From Chiloscyllium plagiosum (Eukaryota): a stretch of 44,658 bases of DNA. Position 1 is the first letter of the stretch. Each line of letters opens with the position of its first letter. Made by a program: the position numbers and the translations under genes. The stretch lies in NCBI RefSeq assembly GCF_004010195.1, contig NC_057756.1:10533599-10578256 (forward strand), in the 5' to 3' direction. Below are positions 35,260 through 44,658 of this stretch, one piece after another. Under the pieces are notes generated by a model. That model saw only the letters and a program-made list of their open reading frames with translations, did no database searches and had not been told where the DNA came from.

Positions 35260-35413
35260 AGTTTAAAAATCACACAACACCAGGAACAATCACCTGATGA
35301 AGGAGCAGTGCTCCGAAAGCTAGTGCTTCCAAATAAACCTGTTGGACTGTAACCCGGTGTTGAGTGATTTTTGACTTTGTACACCACAGTCCTACACCGG
35401 CATCTCCGAATCA
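35260..35413 (+). mobile_element. Penelope family-B mini element (pLTR plus inverted 5' piece)
   Basis: Same pLTR as 12427-12691; 9-bp TSD TGGGTATGG (35251-35259, 35414-35422). Confidence 0.87.
35291..35325 (+). ncRNA. Minimal type I hammerhead ribozyme motif, core intact
   Basis: CAC-CTGATGA-A-GGAGC(agt)GCTCC-GAAAG-CTA-GTG: stem I CAC/GTG, stem II, palindromic AGCT stem III. Confidence 0.8.
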
Positions 35414-35927
35414 TGGGTATGGTGGGACTGTCTAATGAGGAGTAGTTGGGTCTGTTGGGGTTTCGAAAGACAAGAGGTGACCTTACTGAAGGATTCTTAC
35501 GGGTTGAACCGGGGAGATGTGGAGAGGTTGTCTCCCCTCATAAGAGAGTTTAGGACCAGGTGGCTTAGTCTCAGAATAAAGGGGCACCAATTTGAGACAG
35601 AGCAAGGAGGAATTTCTTCTCTAGAGAGTGGAATTCTTCACTACGTAGGGTCATCAAGGTTATCTAGCTAAGTTTATGACTATGGAGTTAGGATAGGGGT
35701 ATGGGGCTGGGTGGCATTTTCTTCAGGGGATTAACGCAGACTCCAAGGGCCAAATGGCCTCTTGCTGCATTTTAGGGATCTTCTGATTCTATTCTGATAT
35801 CTGTCTATACTGATAGATTTCTAATCAATAGGGAATCAAAATTAAAGAAGGTTTTTGAGGTGAAGTCACTGATTACATGAAAGAAAGAGATATACCGTAT
35901 GTACAGATTATTGAAGGTGGCAGGACA

Positions 35928-36338
35928 ACACACCCGCACCAATCAACCAAACCGCCCCGTGGCCCAACATTTCAACTCCCCCTCCCACTCTGCTGAGGAC
36001 ATGGAGGTCCTGGGCCTCCTTCACCGCCGCTCCCTCACCACCAGATGCCTGGAGGAAGAACGCCTCATCTTCCGCCTCGGAACACTTCAACCCCAGGGCA
36101 TCAATGTGGACTTCAACAGCTCCCTCATTTCCCCTTCCCCCACCTCACCCCAGTTCCAAACTTCCAACTCTAGCTTATCTCTCCACGCTTCAGGCTCTCT
36201 GCCTTTATTCCTGATGAAGGGCTTTTGCCCGAAACGTCGATTTTGCTGCTCGTCGGATGCTGCCTGAATTGCTGTGCTCTTCCAGCACCACTGATCCAGA
36301 ATCTGGTTTCCAGCATCTGCAGTCATTGTTTTTACCTA
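35928..36338 (+). mobile_element. 5'-truncated Penelope-like element, family A (GIY-YIG C-terminus plus pLTR)
   Basis: PVAQHFNSPSHSAEDMEVLGL...RCLEEERLIFRLGTLQPQGINVDF followed by the family-A terminal sequence. Confidence 0.9.
36207..36242 (+). ncRNA. Minimal hammerhead ribozyme motif (family-A pLTR)
   Basis: CTGATGA(36211-36217)-A-GGGC(tttt)GCCC-GAAAC-GTC; palindromic ACGT; stem I is weak. Confidence 0.72.
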
Positions 36339-36980
36339 GTGGAGAGACCAGTCAATAAAACACACAGTGTCTACAGCCTTATTAATAGAGGCGTAGAGGC
36401 CAAAAGCATAGAGGCGATGTTGAACTTGTACAAAGCACTTGTTAGACTTCAGCTGAGGTTTAGTGTACTGTTGCGGGGACCGCATTATAGAAAAGACATG
36501 ATTGCTTTGGAAAGAGTGGAGAAATGGTTTACAAGAATGATTTCATGGATGAGAAACTTCAGTGATGAGGATAGATTGAAGAAGTTGGAACTGTTCTGAG
36601 AGAGAAGGCGGCTGAGAGGGAGAGCTTTCAAAATCATGACTAGAGGCTGGACAGAGTAGATCGGCAGAATCTGTTCCCAATTGTAAAAGAAACAATAAGG
36701 AGAGGGGCAGAGATTTAAAGTGATGTAGAAATGAAACAAGGGTGATATGGGGAAAAAAATGACTGGTTAGGGTCTGGAATGCACTGTCCAGAAATGTGGT
36801 GGAGGCACGTTCAATTGAGACATTCAAGAGGGGCAATGGATGGTTATTTGGATAAAAGTAGGGTGCAGGGATATGAGAAAAGGGCAAGAGATTGGCACAA
36901 GGGAATAACACGCCAATGTAGAGCTGATATAAGCAGGATGGACAAAATGGTATCCTCTGCTGTATCACAATTCTATAACT
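36339..36980 (+). mobile_element. CR1 LINE 3' fragment (host of the Penelope insertion)
   Basis: MLNLYKALVRLQL...PHYRKDMIALERVEK. Confidence 0.85.
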
Positions 36981-37024
36981 CAACAAAACGAGGAGGGTGA
37001 GGAATTTTTAAAGAATTATTTCAG

Positions 37025-38322
37025 AAAGGTGGTAAAGGAAATCCAGGGAAATTTAGACCCTTGTGGCTGAGATCAGTTGGGTAAGTTGTTGCAGGGGATT
37101 CCAAGAGACAAGATTTACATGCATTTGGAAAGGTAAAGACTGACTAGGGATCGCCAATATGGCATTGTGCGTGGGAAACCGTGTTTCAGCGACTTGTTTG
37201 AATTTTTCGAAGTGACAATAGAGATAGATGAAGGCAGAGCAGTGGACTTTCTCTGTATGGATTTCTGCAAGGTATTCTGCATGGTAGGACCGGTTAGCAA
37301 GGGAGAGCTACCCATTTGGAGACAAAATTGGATTGAAGGCAAGAGACAGGTGGGATGTTGTTTTTCGAACTGGGGGGCCTGTGACCAGTGGTGTGCCACA
37401 AGGATCAGTGCTGGGTCCACTGCGTTTTGCCATTTATATTAATAATTTGGATGCGAATATCGGAGGAATGGCTAGTAAGTTTGCAGATGACACCAAAATT
37501 GTTGGTGCACCGAACAGTGATAAGGTTATCTCAGACCACAACAGGACCTTGTTCAGATGGGCTGAGGAGTGGCAGATGTAGTTTAATTTCGATAAATGTG
37601 AGGTGTTGCATTTTGGTAAGGCAAATCAGGGCAGGACTTATACACTTCGGGAGTCCTGGGGAGTATTGCTAAACAAAGAGACCTTGGGGTGTAAGTTCAT
37701 ACTTCCTTGAAAGTAGCAGGTAGATAAGATAGTGAAGAACACCGATGGTACACTTCCCTTTATTGGTCAGCGTATTGAGTACAGGAGTTGGGAGGCCATC
37801 TTACAGCTGTACAGCACATTGGTCAGGCAGCTGGTCTCCCTGCTGTAGGAAAGATGTGTTAAATTTGAAAGGGTGTAGAAAAGACTTACAAGGATGTTGC
37901 CAGAATTGGAGGGTTTGAGTTATAGGAAGAGGCGGAATTGGCTGGGGCTGTTTTCCCCGGAGCGTCGGAGGCTGAGGGGTGACCTTATAGAGGTTTATAA
38001 AATCAATGAGGGGCATGGATAGGGTGAATAGATAAAGTCTTTTTCCTAGGGTGGGGAGTCCAAAGCTAGAGGGTATAGGTTTAAGGTGAGAGGGGAAAGA
38101 TTTATAAGGAACTTAAGGGGAACTTTCTCACTGCAGGTTGGTGTGTGTGTGTGCAGTAAGCTGCCAGAGGAAGTGGTGGAGACTACAATATTTAAAAGGC
38201 ATCTGGATGCGTACATGAATAGGGATGTGGGCCAAATGCTGGCAAATGGTATGACTTTAGATTAATTTAGGATATTTAGTCAGCATGGACATGCTGTTTA
38301 CGTGCTGTAGTCTGTGACTCTC
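37025..38322 (+). mobile_element. CR1/HER1 LINE, RT to 3' end, disrupted
   Basis: VTSGVPQGSVLGP...SKFADDTK and 3' motifs. Confidence 0.92.
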
Positions 38323-38829
38323 TGAATCATTCTTGACAGCTGATGGTAGACTCACAGAGATCCACAGCATAGAAAAAGGCTCTGCAGCCCATCGAGTCAC
38401 AATCAACTACTGAACCATCCTAATCCTGCACTTAGCATTGTAAAGTAGGCAAGTGAAAATCAAAAGGGCACAGCCCAGGAGGCAGGGGGAGGTGTAATTG
38501 AATGGGACAAGAGAAAGATAATGCTGTAGGAAGTGGCTGAAGTACAGAGGTCAGCCACTGGCAGTGGAGAAACCTCCTACAATCCAGATACTCAATCTAA
38601 AAGGCGAGTCCTGCTCTGATAAAGCTGTCACCTTGGCATCGAGGTTCCGTAGAGATGGATTCAGCTAATTCCAGACCAACTGCCAATAAAAATTATCATG
38701 CATATCATCAGAAGAACCAAGACTTTAGAGATAACTCATGAAAGGCATGTGTAGAGACTGATGAAAGTAGGACTGACTGAAATGAACAGAATTTGGTATG
38801 TGAAAGCAAGTTGGCATCAGAGATAATGT

Positions 38830-39147
38830 GTATTGGATAAATTAGAGTCTTTTTCCGAGGATAATGACATCTGCTTGTACGTGGGGGCATAGCTGCAAAT
38901 TGAGAGGTGATACATTTAAGACAGATGCTAGAGGCAATTTCTTTACTCAGAGAGTGGTAAGGGCGTGGAATGCCCTGCCTGCCAGTGTAGTTAACTCAGC
39001 CACATGAGGGGCATTTAAACAGTCCTTGGATAAGCACATGGATGACAATAGGATAGTGTAGGGGGATGGGCTCAGATTAGTTCACAGGTTGGCGCAACAT
39101 CGAGGGCCGAAGGGCCTGTTCTGGGCTGTATGCTTCTATGTTCTATA
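38830..39147 (+). mobile_element. CR1 LINE 3' tail
   Basis: TTCTTTACTCAGAGAGTGGTAAGGGCGTGGAATG...TTCTATGTTCTAT. Confidence 0.85.
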
Positions 39148-39234
39148 ACATGTCAGTGTAAAATGTTGGTGTCCACAAGTTGTTTTTGTTTTCCCCTTTA
39201 TAAAAGGGGGGGATGTTTGGAGAAAGACAACTTT

Positions 39235-39515
39235 TAAAATTTATTTATGGAAAGCGATGTTGTGAGTTAAGCCAGCATTTACTGCTCACCCCTAATTGCC
39301 CAGAGAGCAATTATGGCACAATCATGTTGCTGTGGGTCTGGAGTCACAGGTAGGTCAGGATGGTGGATTTCCTTCTCTTAAAGACTTTAGTGATTCAGCT
39401 CGGTTTTTCCGACAATTGAAAACAGGTCATGGTCATCATTAGACTCTTAATTCCAGATCTTTATTGAATTCAACTTCCACCATCTGCCATGTGGGATTAG
39501 AAGTTGGGTCCCAGG
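39235..39515 (-). mobile_element. Second tRNA-SINE family copy
   Basis: Reverse complement of the 14876-15248 element. Confidence 0.7.
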
Positions 39516-39952
39516 GCATATTGTACATTGTACTCTTGCAGCTTGCTGTAGTCATATGATGTATTTTAACTTGCTTTCACTTTCCAAAAATGAGGCATGG
39601 AAATACATAGTTAAAAACTCTGTAACAAATTGTCCAAGGGGCTGAGTGACCTCCTCCTGTCCCTGTGTTTCAGAAAGTTGCACAGGATCTGATGATTTGA
39701 AAAAAACAGAAAGCTGAACAATTCAGTAAATATTTTTTGAAACTAGCACCTTTATTTATGATGACATGTTAGAAGTTTTGTAATAAATAAATTAAATAAC
39801 AGTTCAAATAAATAAATATTAATCATAGAGCGGTTACAGTCTGCAGGATATGTGTGTTATCATATAACTGTCCCTGCGAGAGAGGAAAGAAATAACGGTT
39901 GGGGGGTGGGGGGGAGTTGCGGGCTGAACGTTCCCCCTCTCCTTTCTTTCTC

Positions 39953-40541
39953 TCCAGGGATCGTTGGATGGTGATCAGGAGCAGGAACTCTCGCTAATTT
40001 CCCTTCTTCCTCTCTCTCTAGTTCAGTGACCACTGGACAATGATCAAGAGATTAAACCCTGACTAATTGCCCCTCTCTCTAATCCAGGGATCACTGGTCA
40101 GTGATCAGGAGCAGGATCCCTGGCTGATTTCCCCCCTCTCTCTCCCGAACCCAGGGATCACTGGGCAGTGATCAGGAGCAGGAACCCGGGCTGATTTCCC
40201 TCCTCTCTCTCTCTCTCTAACCCAGGGATCACTGGGCAGTGATCAGGAGCAGGATCCCTGGCTCATTTCCCCCCCATCTCTCTCTAACCCAGGGATCACT
40301 GGGCAGTGATCAGGAGCAGGAACCCTGGCTGATTTCCGCTCTCTCTCTCTAACCCAGGGATCACTGGGCAGTGATCAGGAGCAGGAACCCTAGCCGATTT
40401 CCCCTCTCACTCTAACCCAGGGATCACTGGGCAGTGATCAGGATCAGGAACCGTGGCTGATTTCCCTCTCTCTCTGTAACCCAGGGATCACTGGGCAGTG
40501 ATCAGGAGCAGGAACCCTGGCTGATTTCCCCCCTCTCTCTC
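39953..40541. repeat. ~58-bp tandem repeat, ~10 units, running into gap 40542-40861
   Basis: AACCCAGGGATCACTGGGCAGTGATCAGGAGCAGGAACCCTGGCTGATTTCCC(CT)n. Confidence 0.92.
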
Positions 40542-40861
40542 NNNNNNNNNNNNNNNNNNNNNNNNNNNNNNNNNNNNNNNNNNNNNNNNNNNNNNNNNNN
40601 NNNNNNNNNNNNNNNNNNNNNNNNNNNNNNNNNNNNNNNNNNNNNNNNNNNNNNNNNNNNNNNNNNNNNNNNNNNNNNNNNNNNNNNNNNNNNNNNNNNN
40701 NNNNNNNNNNNNNNNNNNNNNNNNNNNNNNNNNNNNNNNNNNNNNNNNNNNNNNNNNNNNNNNNNNNNNNNNNNNNNNNNNNNNNNNNNNNNNNNNNNNN
40801 NNNNNNNNNNNNNNNNNNNNNNNNNNNNNNNNNNNNNNNNNNNNNNNNNNNNNNNNNNNNN

Positions 40862-41097
40862 CTAACCTGCACATCCCTGGGCACTATGGGATACTTTAGC
40901 CATGGCCAATCCACCCTAACCTGCATATATTTGGACTGTGGGAGGAAGCTCACCCAGATACAGGGAGGTTGTGAAAACTGCACCCAGCCAGTTGCCCGAA
41001 CCCAGGCCCCTGGCGCTGTGTGACAGTAGTGCTGACCACTGAGCTCCTCGGATGCTGCCTGACCTGCTGTGCTTTTCCAGCACCACTCCCACCTTCA
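40862..41097. mobile_element. HE1 SINE (minus strand) abutting a family-A pLTR fragment (41043-41097, plus strand)
   Basis: 53-bp unit, V-domain and head, then GCTCCTCGGATGCTGCCTGACCTGCTG. Confidence 0.8.
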
Positions 41098-41695
41098 CCG
41101 TGTACCTTCTCCTCGTTGCTTAGACAACTTGCAGAGAGATTGCTTTCGTGATTTTCTTTTTCCCCTTCGCCTGAAGTGCACCCCCAACCGTCAGTGATCT
41201 GACCCGGCGACAACGAGGGAACGGTGATATATTTCCAACTCAGGATGGTGAGAGTTCTCGGAGGTGAAGCAGTGTTCCCATTGGGAAGATACTGTGAGAT
41301 TTTGTTCAGCATGTTTGAATGTATTTTGACAGCATCTACTGTAAGTTTGTGTACTTGGAAAAGCACGTGTTTTGCCATCTGTTTGGCGTGGACAATCAGT
41401 TATTTAAAAACTAAGATACCCAAGGAATAGGCCGGTACCCAGAAGCCCAAGGGAATTATCTTGGGTGGGGGGGGGGGGAACCCTCTAGTTTCTCGGAGCC
41501 TGAGGTGGGAGGTCAGTCACCACAGAAGCCTACATTGAGCTCTGAAGTGCCCAGTAGGTTTGTGAAGAAGTAACACTTCCTCACCAGCTAAATTATCTCA
41601 GGATAAGAAATGCTGATTGATTCCAGGCTGGAGTGTTGGGACACAGTCGGTCAAAACAAAATGCAGCTTTTGAGGTTAATACGAAAAGAGAATAC

Positions 41696-42250
41696 AAAGG
41701 CCCCAACAAGGTCTCTTCTTCCTCAGGCAGCTGAGGAAATTTGGGATGACGGTGAGTACCCTTGACAGCTTTTCTAGGTGCACCATCGAGAGCATTCTGT
41801 CTGGATGTATCTCCACCTGGTACGGCAACTGTACCATTCAGGATCGGAGACGGTTACAGAGAGTGGTGAACTCGTCCCGGACAATCACAAAGGCCAACCT
41901 CCCATCTATAGAATCCATCTACCAGGGCCGCTGTCAAGGAAAGGCCACCAGCATTCTCAAAGATCCATCCCACCCTGGCAATGTTTTCCTAGAATCTTTA
42001 CCATCAGGAAGAAGGTACAGAAGCCTGAACACACGCACCAGCCAGGTTCGTAACACTTTCTACCCTACTGCTGTTAGAATACTGAATAGGTTCACAAACT
42101 CTTAACATTGGCCTGTACCTGTGTTTTAGTTGTTATCGCTGTTTACCTATTATTTACTATCTGTGCTACTTAACTCTGTGACCTGCCTGTATTGCTCACA
42201 ACACAAAGCTCTTCACTGTGTCTCGGTACACGGGACAATAAATTCAATTG
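41696..42250 (+). mobile_element. Rex1/Babar- or L2-clade LINE 3' end
   Basis: RLFFLRQLRKFG...CTIESILSGCISTWYGNC...LQRVV...ILKDPSHP...LPSGRRYRS...NTFYPTAVRILN; AATAAATTCAATT tail. Confidence 0.85.
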
Positions 42251-42492
42251 GAATCAGTTCAGGATGGGAATTCGCCCCGCAGCAGAGATCGAATCATTTG
42301 AGAAGGAGCTGAGGCAAGAGCTTAATAATAAGGGCGATGGAGCCATCTGCAGTTCCAAGGATAAGCTGAGATCTAAATTCCTCTCAAGCCCATTAAAAAG
42401 GAAAGAACTCTCTCTATCTCTCTCTGTCTGTCTCTGTCTGTCTGCCTCTCTCCTTCTCTGTCTCTCTCTCTCTCTGTCTCTCTCTCTCTCTC

Positions 42493-42857
42493 NNNNNNNN
42501 NNNNNNNNNNNNNNNNNNNNNNNNNNNNNNNNNNNNNNNNNNNNNNNNNNNNNNNNNNNNNNNNNNNNNNNNNNNNNNNNNNNNNNNNNNNNNNNNNNNN
42601 NNNNNNNNNNNNNNNNNNNNNNNNNNNNNNNNNNNNNNNNNNNNNNNNNNNNNNNNNNNNNNNNNNNNNNNNNNNNNNNNNNNNNNNNNNNNNNNNNNNN
42701 NNNNNNNNNNNNNNNNNNNNNNNNNNNNNNNNNNNNNNNNNNNNNNNNNNNNNNNNNNNNNNNNNNNNNNNNNNNNNNNNNNNNNNNNNNNNNNNNNNNN
42801 NNNNNNNNNNNNNNNNNNNNNNNNNNNNNNNNNNNNNNNNNNNNNNNNNNNNNNNNN
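42493..42857. other. Assembly gap (365 N) after a (CT)n tract
   Basis: N run. Confidence 1.
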
Positions 42858-42967
42858 ACGGTCTCTTCCCCGTCTCTCAGGTGGGTGGGGTGAGGTGTTG
42901 GCCATTGTTTTATCAGTAATTTTCTCTCTCTCTGTCTCCCCCCCCCCCCCTCTGTGTGTACCCTCAG

Positions 42968-43153
42968 ATTGTCTCTCACGAGGATGATGTGAATGCTGTG
43001 GCGTTTGCTGACCCCTCCTCCCAGATCCTGTTCTCGGGGGGTGACGACGCCCTGTGTAAGGTCTGGGACAGGCGGACCTTGCGGGAGGACAGCCCCCAGC
43101 CCGTGGGGGTGTTGGCAGGACACCGAGACGGCATCACCTTCATCGACAGCAAG
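42968..43153 (+). CDS. DCAF11: DDB1- and CUL4-associated factor 11 (WDR23), internal WD40 exon, phase 0/0
   Basis: CTCAG|IVSHEDDVNAVAFADPSSQILFSGGDDALCKVWDRRTLREDSPQPVGVLAGHRDGITFIDSK|GTGAC, close to human DCAF11 as I recall it (IESHEDDVNAVAFADISSQILFSGGDDAICKVWDRRTMRED...). Confidence 0.93.
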
Positions 43154-43329
43154 GTGACTGGTCAGAGCCAGCTTCATCGGGAGGGGGTCACGCCAAGGGG
43201 CTTGGGCTGGGTTGACGGACCACCTCACCCTCCCCTGCCGCCCGGGACTACATCACTCTGAATCGGTCCGTTCCCGTTCCACTCTGTCACTCTCTGACTG
43301 ATATCAGTGCGGTGCCTGGAGTTCACCGT

Positions 43330-43492
43330 TCCCCTCTCTCTCTGTCTCTCTCTGTCTCCGTCTCTCTCTCTGTCACTCTCTGTCTCCATCTCGCTCTCTC
43401 CCTCTGGCTCTCTCTGACTCTCTCTCTCTGTCTCTGTCTCTCTCTCTCTGTCTCTGTCTCTCTCCCTCTCTGCCTCTCTCTCTCTCTCTCCC
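43330..43492. repeat. (CT/CTGT)n microsatellite
   Basis: Directly visible. Confidence 0.9.
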
Positions 43493-43734
43493 TTGGGAAT
43501 GAGCTGGGCTGAGTCTGGCTAGAAGTACAGCATTGGATGTTAGAATTGCAACAATCTCCCAGGGTTCAGACTCGGGAACAGACAGCTGATCCTCTTCAAT
43601 TGATGTGGAGTGGGCCTGTCGTTTTCACTGTGTGTTTGAATCGTGCTAAAAGGGGATAGAGTGGGAGTATTCTCCCCCCCTTGTTTATCTTCATTTCTGT
43701 TGTTATACAAATCTTTGTTAAGCTCTATTAGAGA

Positions 43735-44170
43735 GTGATAGAGTCCTACAGCAGAGAGACAGGCCCTTCGGCCCACACTGCTCCGTGCTGACCAAAATGT
43801 CCATTCACGCTAACCCCCATTTCCCTGCACTTGGCCCATAACCCTCTCACCCTTCCGTATCCAGGTATCTGTCCAAGTGCCTTTTAAATGTTATTAATGT
43901 ACCCGCCTCAATCACTTCCACTGGCAACTCATTCCATATGCGTACCACCCTCTGTGTAAAAAAGTTGCCCCTCAGGTTCCCTTTTATTCTTTCCCCTCTG
44001 ACCTTATACTGATGCCCTCTAATCCCCAATTACTCAACCCTGGGGAAAAGACTGAGTGTGTTCACCCTATCCATGTCTCTCATGATCTTACACATTTCGA
44101 TAAGATCCCCCTCAGTCTCCTACGCCCTAAAGAAACAGTCCGAGTTTGTCCAACCTCTCCCTATAACCCA
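43735..44170 (-). mobile_element. CR1/HER1 LINE 3' end
   Basis: RGHQYKVRGERIKGNLRGNFFTQRVVRIWNELP on the minus strand. Confidence 0.9.
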
Positions 44171-44463
44171 GAGTGCGAGCAAATCCTCTCCTGTTAAAAC
44201 AAAGACTGCACACATCGCCCTCTCATGTTTCAGTAAGATATCACTTTGGGGGGTGGGGGGGGGGGGGGGGGGGAGGGGGGGGATGGATAAAGTAATGATC
44301 TGCCCAGCCAGATTGGAGATCAGAATACCACGTCTCTGCTGCTGTGTTAGTCAGGCCCCGCTGTGGGATTGGACGGTAATGTCCGAGGGCTGATGGGACA
44401 CACTGCTGCGGGTGTATCTCAGCGAGAAAGCCCTTCACTGCAGGATTCCCGCAAACAGTACAG

Positions 44464-44586
44464 GCGTGTCTGTGTGTCTGTGTGAGAGCGTGTGTGTGTG
44501 TGCGTGTGTCAGTGTGAGAGTGTGTTTGTATGTGCGCGTGTGTGTGTCTGTGTGTGTCGGTGTGAGAGTGTGTGTGTATGTCTGTG
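44464..44586. repeat. Degenerate (GT)n microsatellite
   Basis: Directly visible. Confidence 0.9.
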
Positions 44587-44658
44587 ACTAGCACATCAAA
44601 TGTCTCACACTGTGCACAGATGTATTTGTGAGTACACTGTTGTGCTATCATTATAATG

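Larger units (their letters stand above)
35020..35640 (+). mobile_element. Degenerate CR1 LINE fragment
   Basis: AAATGTGAGGTGATGCACTTTGG and later CR1 3' motifs. Confidence 0.7.

Noticed and set aside
39953..40541. CRISPR-like look (palindromic repeats with variable linkers)
   Set aside because: Linkers are (CT)n variants rather than unique spacers; vertebrate context and no cas genes.
41240..41266. RVLGG resembling DCAF11 SDGREVLGG
   Set aside because: Lies in an antisense fragment of the LINE family seen at 14230-14430 and the upstream residues do not match.
42192..43228. ORFs spanning N runs (also at 11.9, 24.7, 30.5 and 40.5 kb)
   Set aside because: Length is inflated by X residues from the gaps.
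44246..44282. Poly-G run as a regulatory G-quadruplex
   Set aside because: Simple homopolymer with no supporting context; its length is also unreliable in assemblies.

Overview
Eukaryotic, repeat-dominated DNA, almost certainly from a shark/elasmobranch (HE1-type V-SINEs, HER1/CR1-type LINE fragments, Penelope-like elements), with five N-gaps. Two protein-coding loci are supported on the + strand. The first is a complete 4-exon fish-egg lectin (tectonin-repeat beta-propeller lectin) gene, CDS join(22245..22305,25052..25279,26255..26594,27729..27870), 256 aa, with a TATA promoter and a candidate poly(A) signal. The second is one internal WD40 exon of DCAF11/WDR23 (42968..43153). The most interesting non-coding signal is two Penelope families whose termini carry minimal hammerhead-ribozyme cores. 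Short, often fold-back copies of these termini are scattered across the window with 8-16 bp target-site duplications; two sit at the same site of different HE1 SINEs and one is inserted in the 3' splice site of lectin exon 3. The window also holds a solo LTR, a ~1.8 kb local duplication, and 33-bp, 53-bp and ~58-bp hairpin-containing minisatellites. Most ORF-track entries are TE, repeat or N-gap artefacts. All family assignments are from recognition by eye, with no database search.
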